Shown here: positions 24,851 through 38,681 of the stretch, piece by piece
Layout: each line of letters begins with the position of its first letter
Position numbering within the stretch: the first letter of the stretch is position 1
Assembly: GCF_037042905.1 (NCBI RefSeq)
Contig: NC_087245.1
Location: 10,480,001-10,544,000, forward strand
Reading direction: 5' to 3'
Source: Lytechinus pictus
Taxonomy: Eukaryota
DNA: 64,000 nt
The notes under the pieces: model-generated
Told to the model about the DNA's origin: nothing
The model's database searches: none
Seen by the model: the letters and a program-made list of their open reading frames with translations, nothing else
Translations under genes and position numbers: made by a program

Positions 24851-26574
24851 ACTGCCATTCTCATTGATCCTCATTAGAACTAAAAGCAATACAAGAGCAG
24901 GTGTTTGAAAATGGTAATGAGGCATACAGAGGGGGAAATGATGGGAAACTTCAAGGATAAGAATTAGCCTATACTCTGTAGCTTAATAGACTCCATCCAT
25001 CACAACTGGCAAGATTTGCCTAAGTTGCCTTAGAAAACTGCTACTTCAACCTAACACTTCAAACTTATGTATGCAGTTCTCTCATTAAATATGTATATTT
25101 TAAAATCAAATTCAAGGAATGTAATTCAGATTATCATGAAAAATATTACTCTAAATAAATGAAGAGTTTTTAAAATGATTTGAAATATAATGAAAGAAAG
25201 CTTAATAACGCTTGATTATGCATGTTTTTATGCCATCAGGGAAGTACTAGACTTGTACATAGAATACTTAATTATAGTTTCTGTAATTTTTTTTTAATTG
25301 CAACTTCTTCCTGGCAGGCAATTCGGTTTAATTGAGAATACACAGCTAACAGCTTAAGCTCAATCTGTATAAACACAGTCAATTGTTATACAGATTTCCT
25401 CAAGCCTAAGGAATAGAAAATTGAATTCCGTCTGCCCAACTGGTGGCATATTGTCCATGCTTTTTAGAAGTTGCATGATTGCACTTGGTATTTTGAGATC
25501 ACTACAAGTATGAAGTGATATATCATCACCAGAATAGTCCTGTCTCCCTACCAACAAATCCAGTTCATAAACAACAGAATCTTCTTTTAAATATTTTTTT
25601 CAACATAAAAAAGGACACTGATTGGATATATCAAAATTCTTATTTAACGTTATGAATATGTCCAGATTGGGTCGGTTATAAATACTGTATAGGGCTATAA
25701 GCTAGCCAGAGTCTATGAATCGATAGCTTTGAAAATTTAATGTGCATACAGAGGGAGCATGAAGAGGAAGCAATGCAGTTGGTGAGGAATTGAAATGGAA
25801 TACTGTGATGGTATTGATTTGCTCCCTTGTGTAATGAAATTATCTGGAAAGAGAATGCCAAATTAAATGATGATAACAATAATAACAAAAGTTAAATTTG
25901 ACCAAAAAAACGCATTTACTATATGGTTAATGTTGTTGATGTCATTTGAGAGCACATCGCCCCACAAACACGACCACAATTGTTGCAATTCTCTGGGCGG
26001 TTACAGTGGTTATACATTGTCAATCAATCTGTGGTTGTGAAAAAAGTGGTAAAGAAAATGGTTGCCAGGTCTTCCAAATAAGGGTGAACACAAAACACAT
26101 GGCAAAATGCTTGAGCCCCAGGGGGTTAAACCAAGCACATGAAAACTTCAATCAAAATGTGATTGCCCCTTGTGACCCATTTGATAAGATATCAAAATAC
26201 AATTGAAATAGAATAGGAAAGGCCAAATCATAGACACCAAGATACATTGCGAACAGTGATGCTCCAAATGGGATGTAAAATGGTAATTCATTTTCCATTC
26301 AGCTTAAAACATTATAGTGCACATCAAAACAAAAACCACAAACTGTGGGGGGTGGATGTTTTTTATTTGGAACATCGGATAGTGAAGCACATTAATACAT
26401 TTTACAGGGGAACGAAAATGAATTACATAATAAAATCAAAATCAGCACCCAAATGGCATGTAAGTTTTTTCCCTTAAGTTTGGACATGATTTTTTAACAG
26501 AACAGACTAGTTAAATCGTCATCCACTCAACTGTAAAGATTAATATATCAACGGATATATTCACCTTTTAATAA

Positions 26575-27037
26575 GCCCCCGTTCCACTATCAGGATCTGA
26601 AACCCTGATCTGTCCCAATCATTAGATCAGCGGAGAGCGGGATAGGAATCGATTGTAATCAGGAGCAGCGTAACAACAATGCTATGAAGACGGGTAAACA
26701 CCAAGCATTTTATTCAGATTTGCTTGATCTGCTAAAAATTGTGAACATGATAAAAATTTCATGCCGATTTTCTCGATCAGAGAATGCGCATTTCGAATCG
26801 AGGGGGAAGCGGGAAAAGCGTAAGCAACACGGCGCGCAGTCGTGGAATGATCGTAATAAGGTCTTTCCTGGCATATTAACAGCGGCATGCGGACGTAATG
26901 AATCCCCCGTTCATTTGGAAAATTTATATTACTGCAAATTATTTGTCGCTGACTCCTGGTAAAATGGTTCATTTTCCCCTGATCCTAACCAATCTGAATG
27001 TTTGTCAAGTTGTAGCAACATCGGCATATAGGGGGGC
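26575..27037. mobile_element. Probable MITE remnant
   Basis: Starts aagcccccgttccactat, CpG-rich interior, weak right end taggggggctt. Confidence 0.4.
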
Positions 27038-29089
27038 TTTACCTCTTTCAATAACTTTAAAGCAATATCAGTAATTCATTTTCCTGAGGGGGTTGCATTT
27101 TCAAAGAAAAATTTGCACCAGTTTCACTCTGATATATTATCTGCAATCTTTACTTGCCTTACTTTAAACCAATTACAATAAACAATGCCTTTGCGAAGCA
27201 TTTTAATTACCAGTTGTGGTAACAATCTAAAAATGAGTTTGAACAGGGTCCATTTAAATTACCACCAAAGTGTTTATATGATAATATTTTGACAATTAAT
27301 CTTGATTTACAATACTTTCTCATGAAACAATTGTTTGCTACAACTACCGTCTTTTATCTTTAATATGTTTTGTACGAGTTCCTCATATCCTGAAGAGGTA
27401 ATATACCACCCAGTCGAGACAGCTGATTACACATACATGCTATTTACTCTAGGTCCATGCTCTCTTCAACTGTCACATTTTGAGCCCAGATCACTCTCCT
27501 GTTTCTACGGTTGTCAGCCATTGCGTTCAATTATTAACAGTCAACATCAGAACCATCTTGCTGCTATTTTTGTCAGGGTACAACACCTTTCTTTGACAGG
27601 TAATAACAAAGGTGATGGATCATTCAACATACCATGTTCACCAAAGTCATCCAATTCCGAATGCTTGACAAATTTCACACAGCCAACCATTCAAAACTTC
27701 ATCAATCTTTTACTTTGTTGAAAAATTCTATGAACTTTCACCTTTTTTTTCAAATGGAAAATAACTAATCACCAATATCTAGAGACAAAATCAAATTTAC
27801 ACAAAACATCTAAATAAAATTTCATTCACTTATTTTGAACACTTACCCCAGCGAAAATAAAAGAATAGCCAGTGTATATGAAGAAATTCCAGAAAAATTT
27901 AAATCTCAAATCTGTACATGAGTTACAAAGCAGTATGAATCCTCTAATGCCAACCGCCTGTCTGCAGCTGGTCGCACAAGCCAGATGCATTAACCTAGAA
28001 ATTCGACGAATTCAGAATTTCAAGCAAAAATATGAATTTTATGGGAATTCTGTGAGTTTCCCCATGGAATCAGAGCTTCAGCTGCGGCTGTGAGTGGATA
28101 TCAGTTTCTAGAAAGATACTGGTAGTCAGAAAGAGTGTCGGGCAGAGAAAATGTTATGATCTCTCACAATCGTAATAACCCTTTTATCTTCTCATTCATT
28201 CATAATATGATAACCAAAGAACACAAAAATACACATCTGTATAAACAAGGTACTCCTTATGTGTAAATATTTAGCAATTAGAAATGTGAATGTAAACAAT
28301 GATTTCATTAAAATGGATATGCTTTTTTATCTCCAGGATAAAAAAACCCCTTAACAATGTAGATACTCATGAAGGGAGTGGTGTCATTTTTTTTTTTTTT
28401 TTTTTTTTTTGGGGGGGGGAGGTGATAGACCTATACATCAATCTAGCCATGTACATGTGAACACAAAAATGCACTTAACCTAATGAGGATGAAAAGTAAG
28501 AAAAACGGGTACAATTTCAAGAGTGAAAAAGAGGGCAATATGCAAAGAAATCTAATTTCCCTTGGGTTTGGATATTATTCATGAATCTTTGTAATACTTT
28601 GTGTGAATCACATGCACGGCACACAGTATTGCAAGTTGTCTCACAGATGGGACTATACATTTAGCCACAAAATCCTATGCTATTCTAAATCTATGGTACC
28701 TCACACATGGAAAAATGATCATCACATTGATAAAATTCAATTCTAAGCTAGCATTTTCAATGATACCATGCATATGGGCAGGGCTGGAGAATATGTACAT
28801 TGGAAAGGCAATACCTGCACCTGGAAATTTTACTGTAAGCACGATCTTAGAATTCTGTATGTAATAGAATATCAAGTGTCTCCCACGGGTAAAAGGGATT
28901 TGCATAAAATGCTCCCTGGAGGTTTTCATTTTAAGATACATTCATGAAGTTGGAGTGCAAAAAAGTTGGAATAAGGGTATCACTCCTCTTTCTGTATGTA
29001 CTTGCTTTCATAAAAGAGAGCTCCACCCTGTCTTAAGTTAGTTTCAAAGAAGCACAAATAAAGGTACTAGTTAATTGAGTCATTGTAGT

Positions 29090-29290
29090 TTAGCAGTCCA
29101 GTCCCTCGACTCTTCAATAATAAAAAAATGGGTGTTCAAACCTCACTCAGCACTAATGATATTTTTCAAGATGCTAATTCTTATTTGCCATCCTCCACCT
29201 CAGTGTTATATTGGAACCAGATGGGATGAGGACATCAGTGCAACTAAAATGGCATGCAAGTGCTAGTTAAGATGGGCCATGAAAAAACTA
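29090..29290 (+). mobile_element. Highly degenerate SINE fragment
   Basis: Eroded A box (tgtagtttagcagt), B-box-like gtgttcaaacc, then a tttgccatcctccacctcagtg core. Confidence 0.35.
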
Positions 29291-29708
29291 TTCCCAAGGA
29301 AGACGTGGCATAAAATTAATTTCGTTATTAAGATGCTTGGATCAAAATCTTCATACAATGCATCTGAGGGAATGAAGTTCACATTGTACACATAATGATC
29401 CCCTGAAACCAGATGGGGTTAATAGAGCATTTAAAACATTAGCCAGCAATAATGAGATTTAAATAGAAATCCAGATTAATTCACTGTCTGATATTATAAG
29501 AGTATTTCCTAAACTTAGAGGATATGAAAGTATGTGATATCCTCCCATCAGTTTTGTTATATGATGTTTGCTTCCTGTCATATGTTAAGGACTCAAATTA
29601 CAGATATAGACTGATGGGGGATGGGGGGGGGGGTGAAAGGGGCATTGACTGAACCTTAATATTAACCACATTAATATTCACCTGATCATGAGAGAATTTT
29701 ACAAACTA

Positions 29709-30501
29709 GGGGGCGTTTCACAAAGATGTATGACTTAGAGTCGCACTTAAATGTCTAGTTGCGTGTGGTATAAAAGACATGACAGTATTGGTCAGATCAT
29801 GCCAAGAGGACGCGCACTACTGCATATTGATCAATAAGTACCGTGTTTACACTTAATCGGCATTTGAATCGGCTCGCGGTTCTGAACCGCGAGCCGATTC
29901 AGCATCGGCTTTTTCATAGCGTGTAAACGCGAGTAACTTGCATCGGCTCGCGGTTCAGAACCGGCAATTTGCAACACCAAAGTAGTAGGTTCTGAACTGC
30001 GAGCCGATGCAGAATCGGCTTTTTTACTACATGTAAACAGAAAGCCGATTCTGCATCGGCAATTTGTGCGCATTTCATATACTTTACCATTGTGACGTAA
30101 TTGTAAGCGCATTGATCCAGCGTTGTCTTTATTATGACGTATATTGTTGGTGTGCGTATCATTTCAGGTTTTTGCATCGGCTCGCGGTTCTGAACCGCGA
30201 GCTGTAACAACGTGTAAACGTAAACCAAAAGCCGATTCTGCATCGGCTCGCGGTTCAGAACCTACTACTTTGGTGGTGCAAATTGCCGGTTCTGAACCGC
30301 GAGCCGATGCAGAATCGGCTTTTGGTTTGAGTTTACACGTTGTTACAGTTTGCGGTTCAGAACGGATTCTGCATCGGCTTTTGGTTCTGAACCAAATGCC
30401 GATTAAGTGTAAACACGGTAAAGATTGCGCATTGCATGTCATGTACGCGTCGGCATTTAAATGCGACATAAGTCATACTTAAATCTTTGTGAAACACCCC
30501 C
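29709..30501. mobile_element. MITE (host) interrupted by a younger insertion
   Basis: TIRs ggggcgtttcacaaagat / atctttgtgaaacacccc; an uninterrupted relative lies at ~38270-38452. Confidence 0.85.
29839..30420. mobile_element. Young foldback-like MITE with 28-bp perfect TIRs and AAG TSD (Harbinger-like)
   Basis: taccgtgtttacacttaatcggcatttg is perfectly inverted at 30393-30420; AAG at 29836-29838 and 30421-30423; interior built from palindromic modules. Confidence 0.92.
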
Positions 30502-32803
30502 CAGGTCTTGTAAAACTTCATTGAAGTTCAATTTGAAGATCAAATGTACAATAGATTAAAGTGTATAATACCGGCTTTGCATAAGACCTAAAATATCATC
30601 TTTTCTTAAACATTTCGTTGATAATAAACTTCTGTATTTCAGCATTTTCTGATGAATAGGTTCTTAAACTCATTCGTGCCAAGCTCAATCCGAGTGCTGA
30701 ATGAGGAAGGGATTATGTAAGAATAATAATATGCCTAATAATGTAAATTTACCTTGTCGGGTAGTTGATGTTAATTCTTTAAAACAACAATATTGAAAAT
30801 ATAAATAATATGTAAATACTGATAACAATAACAATTACAAGTGGACAATGCTGTGAAGATTTATAGTACTGATTTATTACAATTCTAATGTAATTTCAAT
30901 TCAATTTCCGATATCTAACTTTCAGTTCAGATTTCCATTTCAATCTTAATTTTAATGTCAATAACAGTATCTTTTTTTCAAATGCTACCCAGTGGGTAGC
31001 ATTTGCACGTGTATATCATGATTGACTATATGTGATTGTTTGATTTTCTGTAAATATGTTCATTTTCTATGCAATGTTATGTATGTTCAATACCATGTAA
31101 AAATGCAAATTTCCACTTATTTATTTATCTGGACAATAAATACTACCTTATGAACCTTATGAACCTTATGATGTTCTCAAGCTTTTCGTTAAAAAAAATA
31201 TTTCAAGCTAATTTCTGGCAAGTAATAGCGTATGAAATGTATGAGGGCGATGAGTGATTTTGCCCTCATGACAGCTAAAATTGCCTATAAACTTTGCTAA
31301 AAGGAATGCCTTGGGGTGACAATGTTTTCTAAAGTTGCCCCATGCAAGATCTGCCACAAAAATATTCAAGAACATTTAGAAAATCAATATTCTTCCACTC
31401 TACAGCAAAATAGTGAGATGCTTTTATGGCATAGCTGCTCATTGAACCAACAAGTAGTCCTTGAAACATTCTGCAATCACGCCAACGTAGCAACAACAAA
31501 AAATTGCCCCTAAAAATAAATATTATTTCCATTTTTTATAATAATGATAATCTATGAAAATATATTTTTTTAAATCATGGTAACTCATTGGTACACGCTG
31601 GCAATATCTCTTCATGGTTTTACAACTTTAGATTTATCCTGTTCATCCCTTGTTAATTTACCATCAATTCAATCTAGACTGCTTGAAAGATTTTTCTGCT
31701 TCTGATAGAGAAGTAGAGGGCTCCTTCTTGTATGTACTCTACAGGAAAAAGGTGATTTTTTTTCTTTTCGGGGGGGGGGGGGCTACTTTTCACAACCTGC
31801 TGCCTAAATCTAATACATTGGAGCTTTAACACTGCAGTAAATGGGAATTTCCAAAGGCTTTTTGCTTAATTTCCAGCGCTCTTTTGTGCATTTTGTGCTT
31901 TTGTGCCTTGGTATTCTATCATTTCAGTCTGAGTAGCTTGTAAATTCCTCATGGTCTTGAACCAACCAAATGACATCCCCCTAAAAGAAACCCTGTACAC
32001 ACATGATTGAGGACTCAGATTGATATTGAAGGCGGAAGGAATCATGTTACATCCCTATCCTGTATGTTTGTAAATGAGAACTTGTCTTCCCTTTCATGTG
32101 CCTAACATCCGCTGAAAATCCCCCATCAACAACAAAAGAAAAAGAGAGATTAAAGGGATAATCCAACCTGATGTCGACTTGATTTAAAGAAAAAAAAACG
32201 AATGAATAGAATTAAACAAGTTAAACATAAAATTTAGCTTTTTTTTTCAGTGGAATAGTGATATAGGTACAAGTTAGTATGCTGATGATAACAAAAGACC
32301 ACTTTTTTCTTTTGTATTTCATTAAATATGCAAAATTAATAGCTGTCCAAGAAAAGGATAAGGGCTAAATTACACATTCAATGAGTAGCCAAACCAGTTT
32401 TTCAGAACTCTTAGAGCAGAATATTGAATAAGTTGTACATCATATGATAAAATTCACCATGCTCATTTGGACACAGCTATACATGGTTAGAATTAATGCA
32501 AACTTATACAAGCTGCACTTCCTATCTTTTTTTTAAATCCAAGTTTGAATAGATTTTATCTATTTTGCTTCTTTTTATATCATTTTTTACTTCTTACATT
32601 GAAGTAAACCTGTTTGCACTTTGACTATACTAGACACCATTGTGGTTATTATTATTACTGTCCCACTCACCACTAACCTGCAGACACAGACCCTTATTGG
32701 CAGTCTGACACTGAGATAAGACTAGTACAAATACTAGCATTTTAGATTTATTATAATTTTACAATTCACAATAGATATTTTGCTTCATAATTTTGTTATT
32801 ATA

Positions 32804-33068
32804 CACTCTGACTCTCAAGGACTTTAATTTAATAAAATGAAATCTGGATCGGCTGTGAATAATGGTCAGTTGAAAATCAGATTTATTTGTAATCCTAAGG
32901 ATTAACTTTAAAACAAAAAAAAGTAACATCATTAAACTCTAAATTCAAATACACAAGGGTTAAGTTCAAACCCACAAGGTTTAAATATAAATCCAATATT
33001 TGGCTCATCATTATTCACAGCCGCTCTGGATTTATTTCAAACCCTTGGCTTCATATTCTAACAGAGTG
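32804..33068. mobile_element. MITE with CACT termini and TA flanks; diverged relative of the 42413 and 43798 copies
   Basis: ta-cactctg ... cagagtg-ta; internal atcggctgtgaata / tattcacagccg inverted motifs. Confidence 0.8.
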
Positions 33069-36000
33069 TATAGAATTTATCTGTTTTGCAAATAAAACAA
33101 CTTTATATATTAAATTTCAAAAATATGAACTAATGGGATAGTCTTTATATAAACTTTGCACCCACACAGAATATTTGAAATTACATGTAAAATTGATTGC
33201 AAATGAATCACAAATTAATATCAAAGCTTCCTTGTCTCATGGAAACAGTGGACAACAGCTGAATAATAACTGAAGTAAAATTGAATGCTACCAAGCTTGA
33301 TGTACATTCATTAGAGTGCATGGTTTTAAACCCATTTATTATTTGGAGTCAAAGGGTATGTACACGTAGACCAAATAGTCAAACACGACATCATGACATC
33401 ATCGTGTATTAAGAAAAATTGGGACAAATGCAACCCTACAGTCATTTGCAGGGTGGGGGGATGTGGTAGAATTGAGAAAGGGGGGGGGGAGAGAGAAAGA
33501 GGGGGATGGGGGTTGGGAGGAAAGATAGCAAAAGACATCAGAGGTACACTTGCATACCAGGGATATTCAGACCAATGTGATCACCAAACCTTGACTGGTG
33601 TCATTAATGTCCTCATTTGCCATAAATTCTGCTTAAAGTTCCATACTTCAATATTCCGAAGATAGTTGAGTATGATGCATAAGCAGCTTGTCACTCTCCA
33701 AACAAATTATACAGACATAATACTGCTTTTAAAGAGTAAATTATACACTAACCTAGCATTTCCCATAACCTATCAATATAAATATGCAACCATAAATTTC
33801 ATCAACAAATAATTTTGTCATTATCTCTAGTAGATCTAAATAGACATTCAACCATATTTCTAACATGCCTTACTTAACAAACAAAACAAATTAAGAACCC
33901 ACTTTGCAATTAGTGTAAGTGTTTCTTCATTTATATGGCAATGTAATAACTGCGGAGGTTATACAATGTTTTTATGAGATCAAAATCGCACTGCATAATT
34001 TATAACGAAGCAAACACCATAGCCCCAATAATGCTACATTATATTTTGTCTTATTTGTATTTGCTTGATTTATTGCACCAAGCCTTGGCTTCTGCATGAG
34101 AGGAAACAAGTCTCATCTCGCTAGTAGTTTAATTGCGAGTCCCATTGGAAATTGATGCAGTGTGAAAACAGACAAGTTGACCTTTGCATCCACATTGATC
34201 CGTAATAACCAGAGCCGAGAACCCATCTCCAAAATAAATTGGCAGGATTTTTCCCACTTTAGGGTCGATTTCACATGTAAGACTTCTGATAATTCAAATT
34301 AATGAGCTGCAATGAGTCTGTTACATCACATTTTTAACAGTCAAGGGTGATTTCACAAAATGTAAGAAGTTACAATTGGTTCAGCTATATAATGGAAGAC
34401 TTGCAGAACAAGTAATCTGCAAGACTAAGCCTATTAATCTAAATGAGGTAACCTTTTGACCTTTGAACTCCTACAGTGTCACCCATGTCACCTATACTGA
34501 AAAGAAGACTTTAAAATTCAAACACCCCTCAGTGAGAAAGATATATAAGATTATGAAAAATATCAAAGACTGGAGGATGAATGCAGTTTTTGAAGACATC
34601 TTTATTTTGAAAAATGCTACTAGTTTTAGGCTAAAAAATGAGTATTTTGCCCAGGATCCATTCTCCTTTTTGCACAAAACAAGAGTAACCAAATGAGACA
34701 CCAAAATGTAAAGCGGAAATTTAAATGTGTTTTTATTTCACAAAAACTTTAAGGCAAAACAAGTTGCAAAGTATTGTAGGAACATTTGGTATCCTTTGAA
34801 AGGATAAGTTTCTACTAGAGTAAAACAGAGCAGATCCAGGATTATGAAAAAGAGGGAGTGCAAAAGCAAAATTTTATAAAGGGGCTTGTGCCCCCCACTG
34901 ATTCTACTACTGTACAACATATCGTCACTTGGCTGGTATAAGGAAGTTATTACACTTTTGCGCACTTGTTTCAGCAACAGCCTTTATGCCAGCAACACAG
35001 GAATTGAAAATCATGTGAATGCGCGAACTACTCCCCTATACATAATTTGGGAAGGACCCGTGTGAAAACTGCCGGCTTGCAAAGAGGGACATGATTCAGG
35101 ATTTGGTAAAATCAATGAATAAGTGAAACCCCTTGGCACCATGACGCTATTATGCCAAAGCAGGCAATTTGGCACCCTTATTTACACAAACAGTTTTCTC
35201 TGATATGCTAAATGTGAGAGGTGAAATGTAGAATATGATTACCCCATGCTAAAAAAATTCCCAGCATTACCATGCTATAAAAAAAATCTTGACTACTAAT
35301 AATGTATATCTCTTGGTCAGTACGGTCAGTAAGGTAGTTTGTCATCTGCGTGCCACAATACATTCTATAATTCCATGACCGTTTGACTCATTTACCATTT
35401 TCCTGCACCATGCATTTCAAATAATACATACCAGTAAATAATTTCCCCCAGCACAATTTTTTTCTTAAATGTAAATCAGTTTTGATTTAAAAAAAGACAA
35501 TGCTTCCATTGTCATCTACCTTATAATATACTTACACAGTATTTAAATTCACTGCCATCCCCATTGCGACCATTGCATGGAAAGACACAAGCTAAAAACA
35601 ACTTCCTCCTCCACTGATCACTCTCTCCTTTCTCTTTAATCCTTTTCCCTGCCAGTGTTGATATTATCACTTCACCAGATGCTACAATTCTTCCTTCGTT
35701 CACACTCTATCTAGGTACCCCAAACTAGATATGAGCCCTGCAGTATACAGATTAAGCTTCAGGGGCAAATTGGCCACACGTAGGAGACGACGTCAGTCAA
35801 CGCCTGCTGGGCATTCTCAATTAGCAGTGATCTAGGTAAAGAGTCGTTCACCGTTTCAAGAAGCAGCACCTCAGCATCAAGGGTAAGAAGACCAGAATAT
35901 TGGTTCAATGATGCGTGAAGCTCATAATAACATAGGATCAGATACCACTATCATTCACCGTGTCGCATAAATGAACTGATGTTGCTTGTACTTAACATAC

Positions 36001-36913
36001 ATCACCGATCAGTTCCATAGCACCCATCCATACATAAACCAACGAGGAATAAATAGAAAGTGACAAGCATCACATTTCTGACGGAAACTTATCCCTCTTC
36101 TACCTTCACAATCTCACATTTCTACTCTTCACATCCACCGCACTGCGATAAGTGCACCTAATAATCATTTTTTTTGCTAGAAACGACTAGGCTGAGCACG
36201 AGATTCGAGCTAGGCAGGCCTTCCTAATGGTCATAATTCATAGGCAAGTAATGGAGGTCGATGCTGATTATACAATAAATCCATTATAATTTCTTCTATC
36301 AATAAAAGTTATTGCTTTTAACTGAGTCAATGAATGGGGAAAAGCAATCATGAGTAACTACCGATTTACGTAATTTTGTATCATATCTTCATGAGATATG
36401 AACTCATTATTCTAATATTGCAGCTTTTACTGTGTTGGAATAGATGTAATCTAAGGTATGCATTATTGAATTTATTTTACCAGATAGAACAACACAACAG
36501 TTTGCATACATGTACAAGTAGGTTGACAGAGAATTTCAATGACATTAAATGTGTATTTGATCTGTCGGTGATACCTGGTAATCAAATACTGGATTGTGAC
36601 AATATTCACATATCTTTTTTTACATAAAATTGTGTATTGTGAAGACTGAGCATTGCACTTATACAGTAATTACTTTATTGCAAGTGCAATGTCATTTTCA
36701 ATTATTTCTTTAATATTATTTCCTGAAATATGTCTTTTTGTGCCATTTATGCTGCTTCCACTAACACTGCAATGTAGCCATGGACCCACAGGCATATACT
36801 TTAACCCATTGCCTATAATTTGATGTAAATCAAGGAATTCAATAGTTAAAAGATTAAGATATATGAAAGTGTCCATTGACAAATCCTGGGGTTTTTTTAA
36901 CATTAACTTGTTA

Positions 36914-37027
36914 AGCCCCTTTCACAATTGGTGGTGCAACTGCTTACAACCGTTGCGATTCTGTGCAACATATTATATTATGACCAAGTGATCGCAAACG
37001 ATCGCACAAGCAATTGTGAAAGCCCCT
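36914..37027. mobile_element. Tiny Harbinger-like MITE with TTA TSD
   Basis: tta-agcccctttcacaattg ... caattgtgaaagcccct-tta. Confidence 0.7.
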
Positions 37028-38269
37028 TTACTCAATACCATGATCTACTAGATAGACCCTAGCATGCCACTTTTAATGATAATATTTGAGAGGGAGAGAG
37101 AGAGAGGGATCATTACATCCGAGGCCCTTCCTATTATACTGATAAACATTAAAGATGCAATCAATTAATTTCATCCAAGTCTAGATGGTTTAAGTACCTA
37201 GTACAATCAAATTAATATATTAATTGTACAAGTATCTCTTTATGTTCGAGGGAGGGCCCCCACTTTGTAACATAATATTCTGCCAGATGACGGAGACCAA
37301 CTAACCTTGTTTTCCAATGGCGCATTTCTATTCAACCATTCAATGCATTATCCTCGGCAAAAGGGGATAATAACATGATATTATACTTTTATAAAAATTG
37401 GAGCAATGTTTCAAGACATTTACATATATATTGCAATTTAATGATTGAATATGATCAATAACACCTGAATACGTAAGATGATTTTTAAATATTGATTTAG
37501 TCTGGAATTTGCAAATGATCAATATCTATGAAGGACATGAGCTAAGATCACAAAGTCCCAGCTGAAAAAGATACAACATCCAATAGCCCATAAGAACATT
37601 GAAAGTAAAGGACCTAAGCATATATATCAGTATCTTCTGGCGGAATTACCTTTTCAGAATAAGACCAGGGTAAGACATTTTTCTCACCAGTAACAAATGA
37701 TGTCTTACCATTTGAAATTTCGTTTTTTTTAATAAACTTATTTGACTGGATGCCAATCAAAATAAAATAGCTGATGTTTTTTAATATGTAAACTATTCCA
37801 AAAGCATGGAATGTGCCTAAGATTTCATATTATTATCTTTTTCTGTCTGTAGCGCTCTGGTATCATTTCACTTAATTTGTAAGAAAAGTGCTCAAAAGCC
37901 TTTTATAGGAAAATAAAACCATTGCCAGGAGAGGGCACTAGATATCTAAGATTTAAATATTTGATATTTCAGACATAATTGGTGGATTGAAATAGATTCA
38001 ACAGCTACTACATTGGAATGATAGATGATACTTGAGTACAATTCACATTATGAACCCTTTGCTAAAGCTATAGCTAGACTTTAAACATATATTAAGGCAT
38101 AATTGTAGCTGCTGAGGGGGCTCTTTAATTCAGAAGTAAAATCCAGATCAAGATCGACTTGCATGCACAGAGATTTCTTTACCCACTGTAATGAGAAAGC
38201 ATGCACTGAATGCCAAACATATATGTGGAAGACACATCCACTGAAGACTCTGCACAAGAAAATGAGCTA

Positions 38270-38452
38270 AAACTCACACTTAAATTCTAAGCTGCATGTG
38301 ATATAAATGCATATCAAATTGGTCAAATCATGCTAAGAGGACGAACACTACTGCGTATTAGTCAATGAGACTGTGCGTTCAATATCATGTGCATGTCTGC
38401 ACTAAGCATGACTTTATAAAGTCACATGTAAATCTTTGTGACACACCTCCCA
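38270..38452. mobile_element. Diverged, uninterrupted copy of the 29709 host MITE (left end eroded)
   Basis: Colinear with 29740-29838 joined to 30424-30501 (cacttaaat...ttggtcaaatcatgctaagaggacgaacactactgc...aatctttgtgacacac). Confidence 0.75.
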
Positions 38453-38681
38453 GCTTAGGGCTTAATAGTAATACGGATATAGAAAAAGCACTGGACGTAT
38501 TTATCTTCATACAGGGCTGTGCTAAGAATTATGCGCTGAACACATTTTTTTTTTTTATCTTAGTATATCAAATATTGTGTGAGTTTTTGTATTCACATAT
38601 TAATTTTCATAAAAGATTGAGACATTTGTAAATTTAATAAAAACGACCTTAGTGTGTGCCGTCTATAGCTCCTTCATTGAC

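Noticed and set aside
29860..30400. CRISPR-like array of palindromic repeats and overlapping ORFs 29831..30482
   Set aside because: Repeats are irregular, in both orientations, lack unique spacers and sit between TIRs with a TSD; no cas genes; eukaryotic context.
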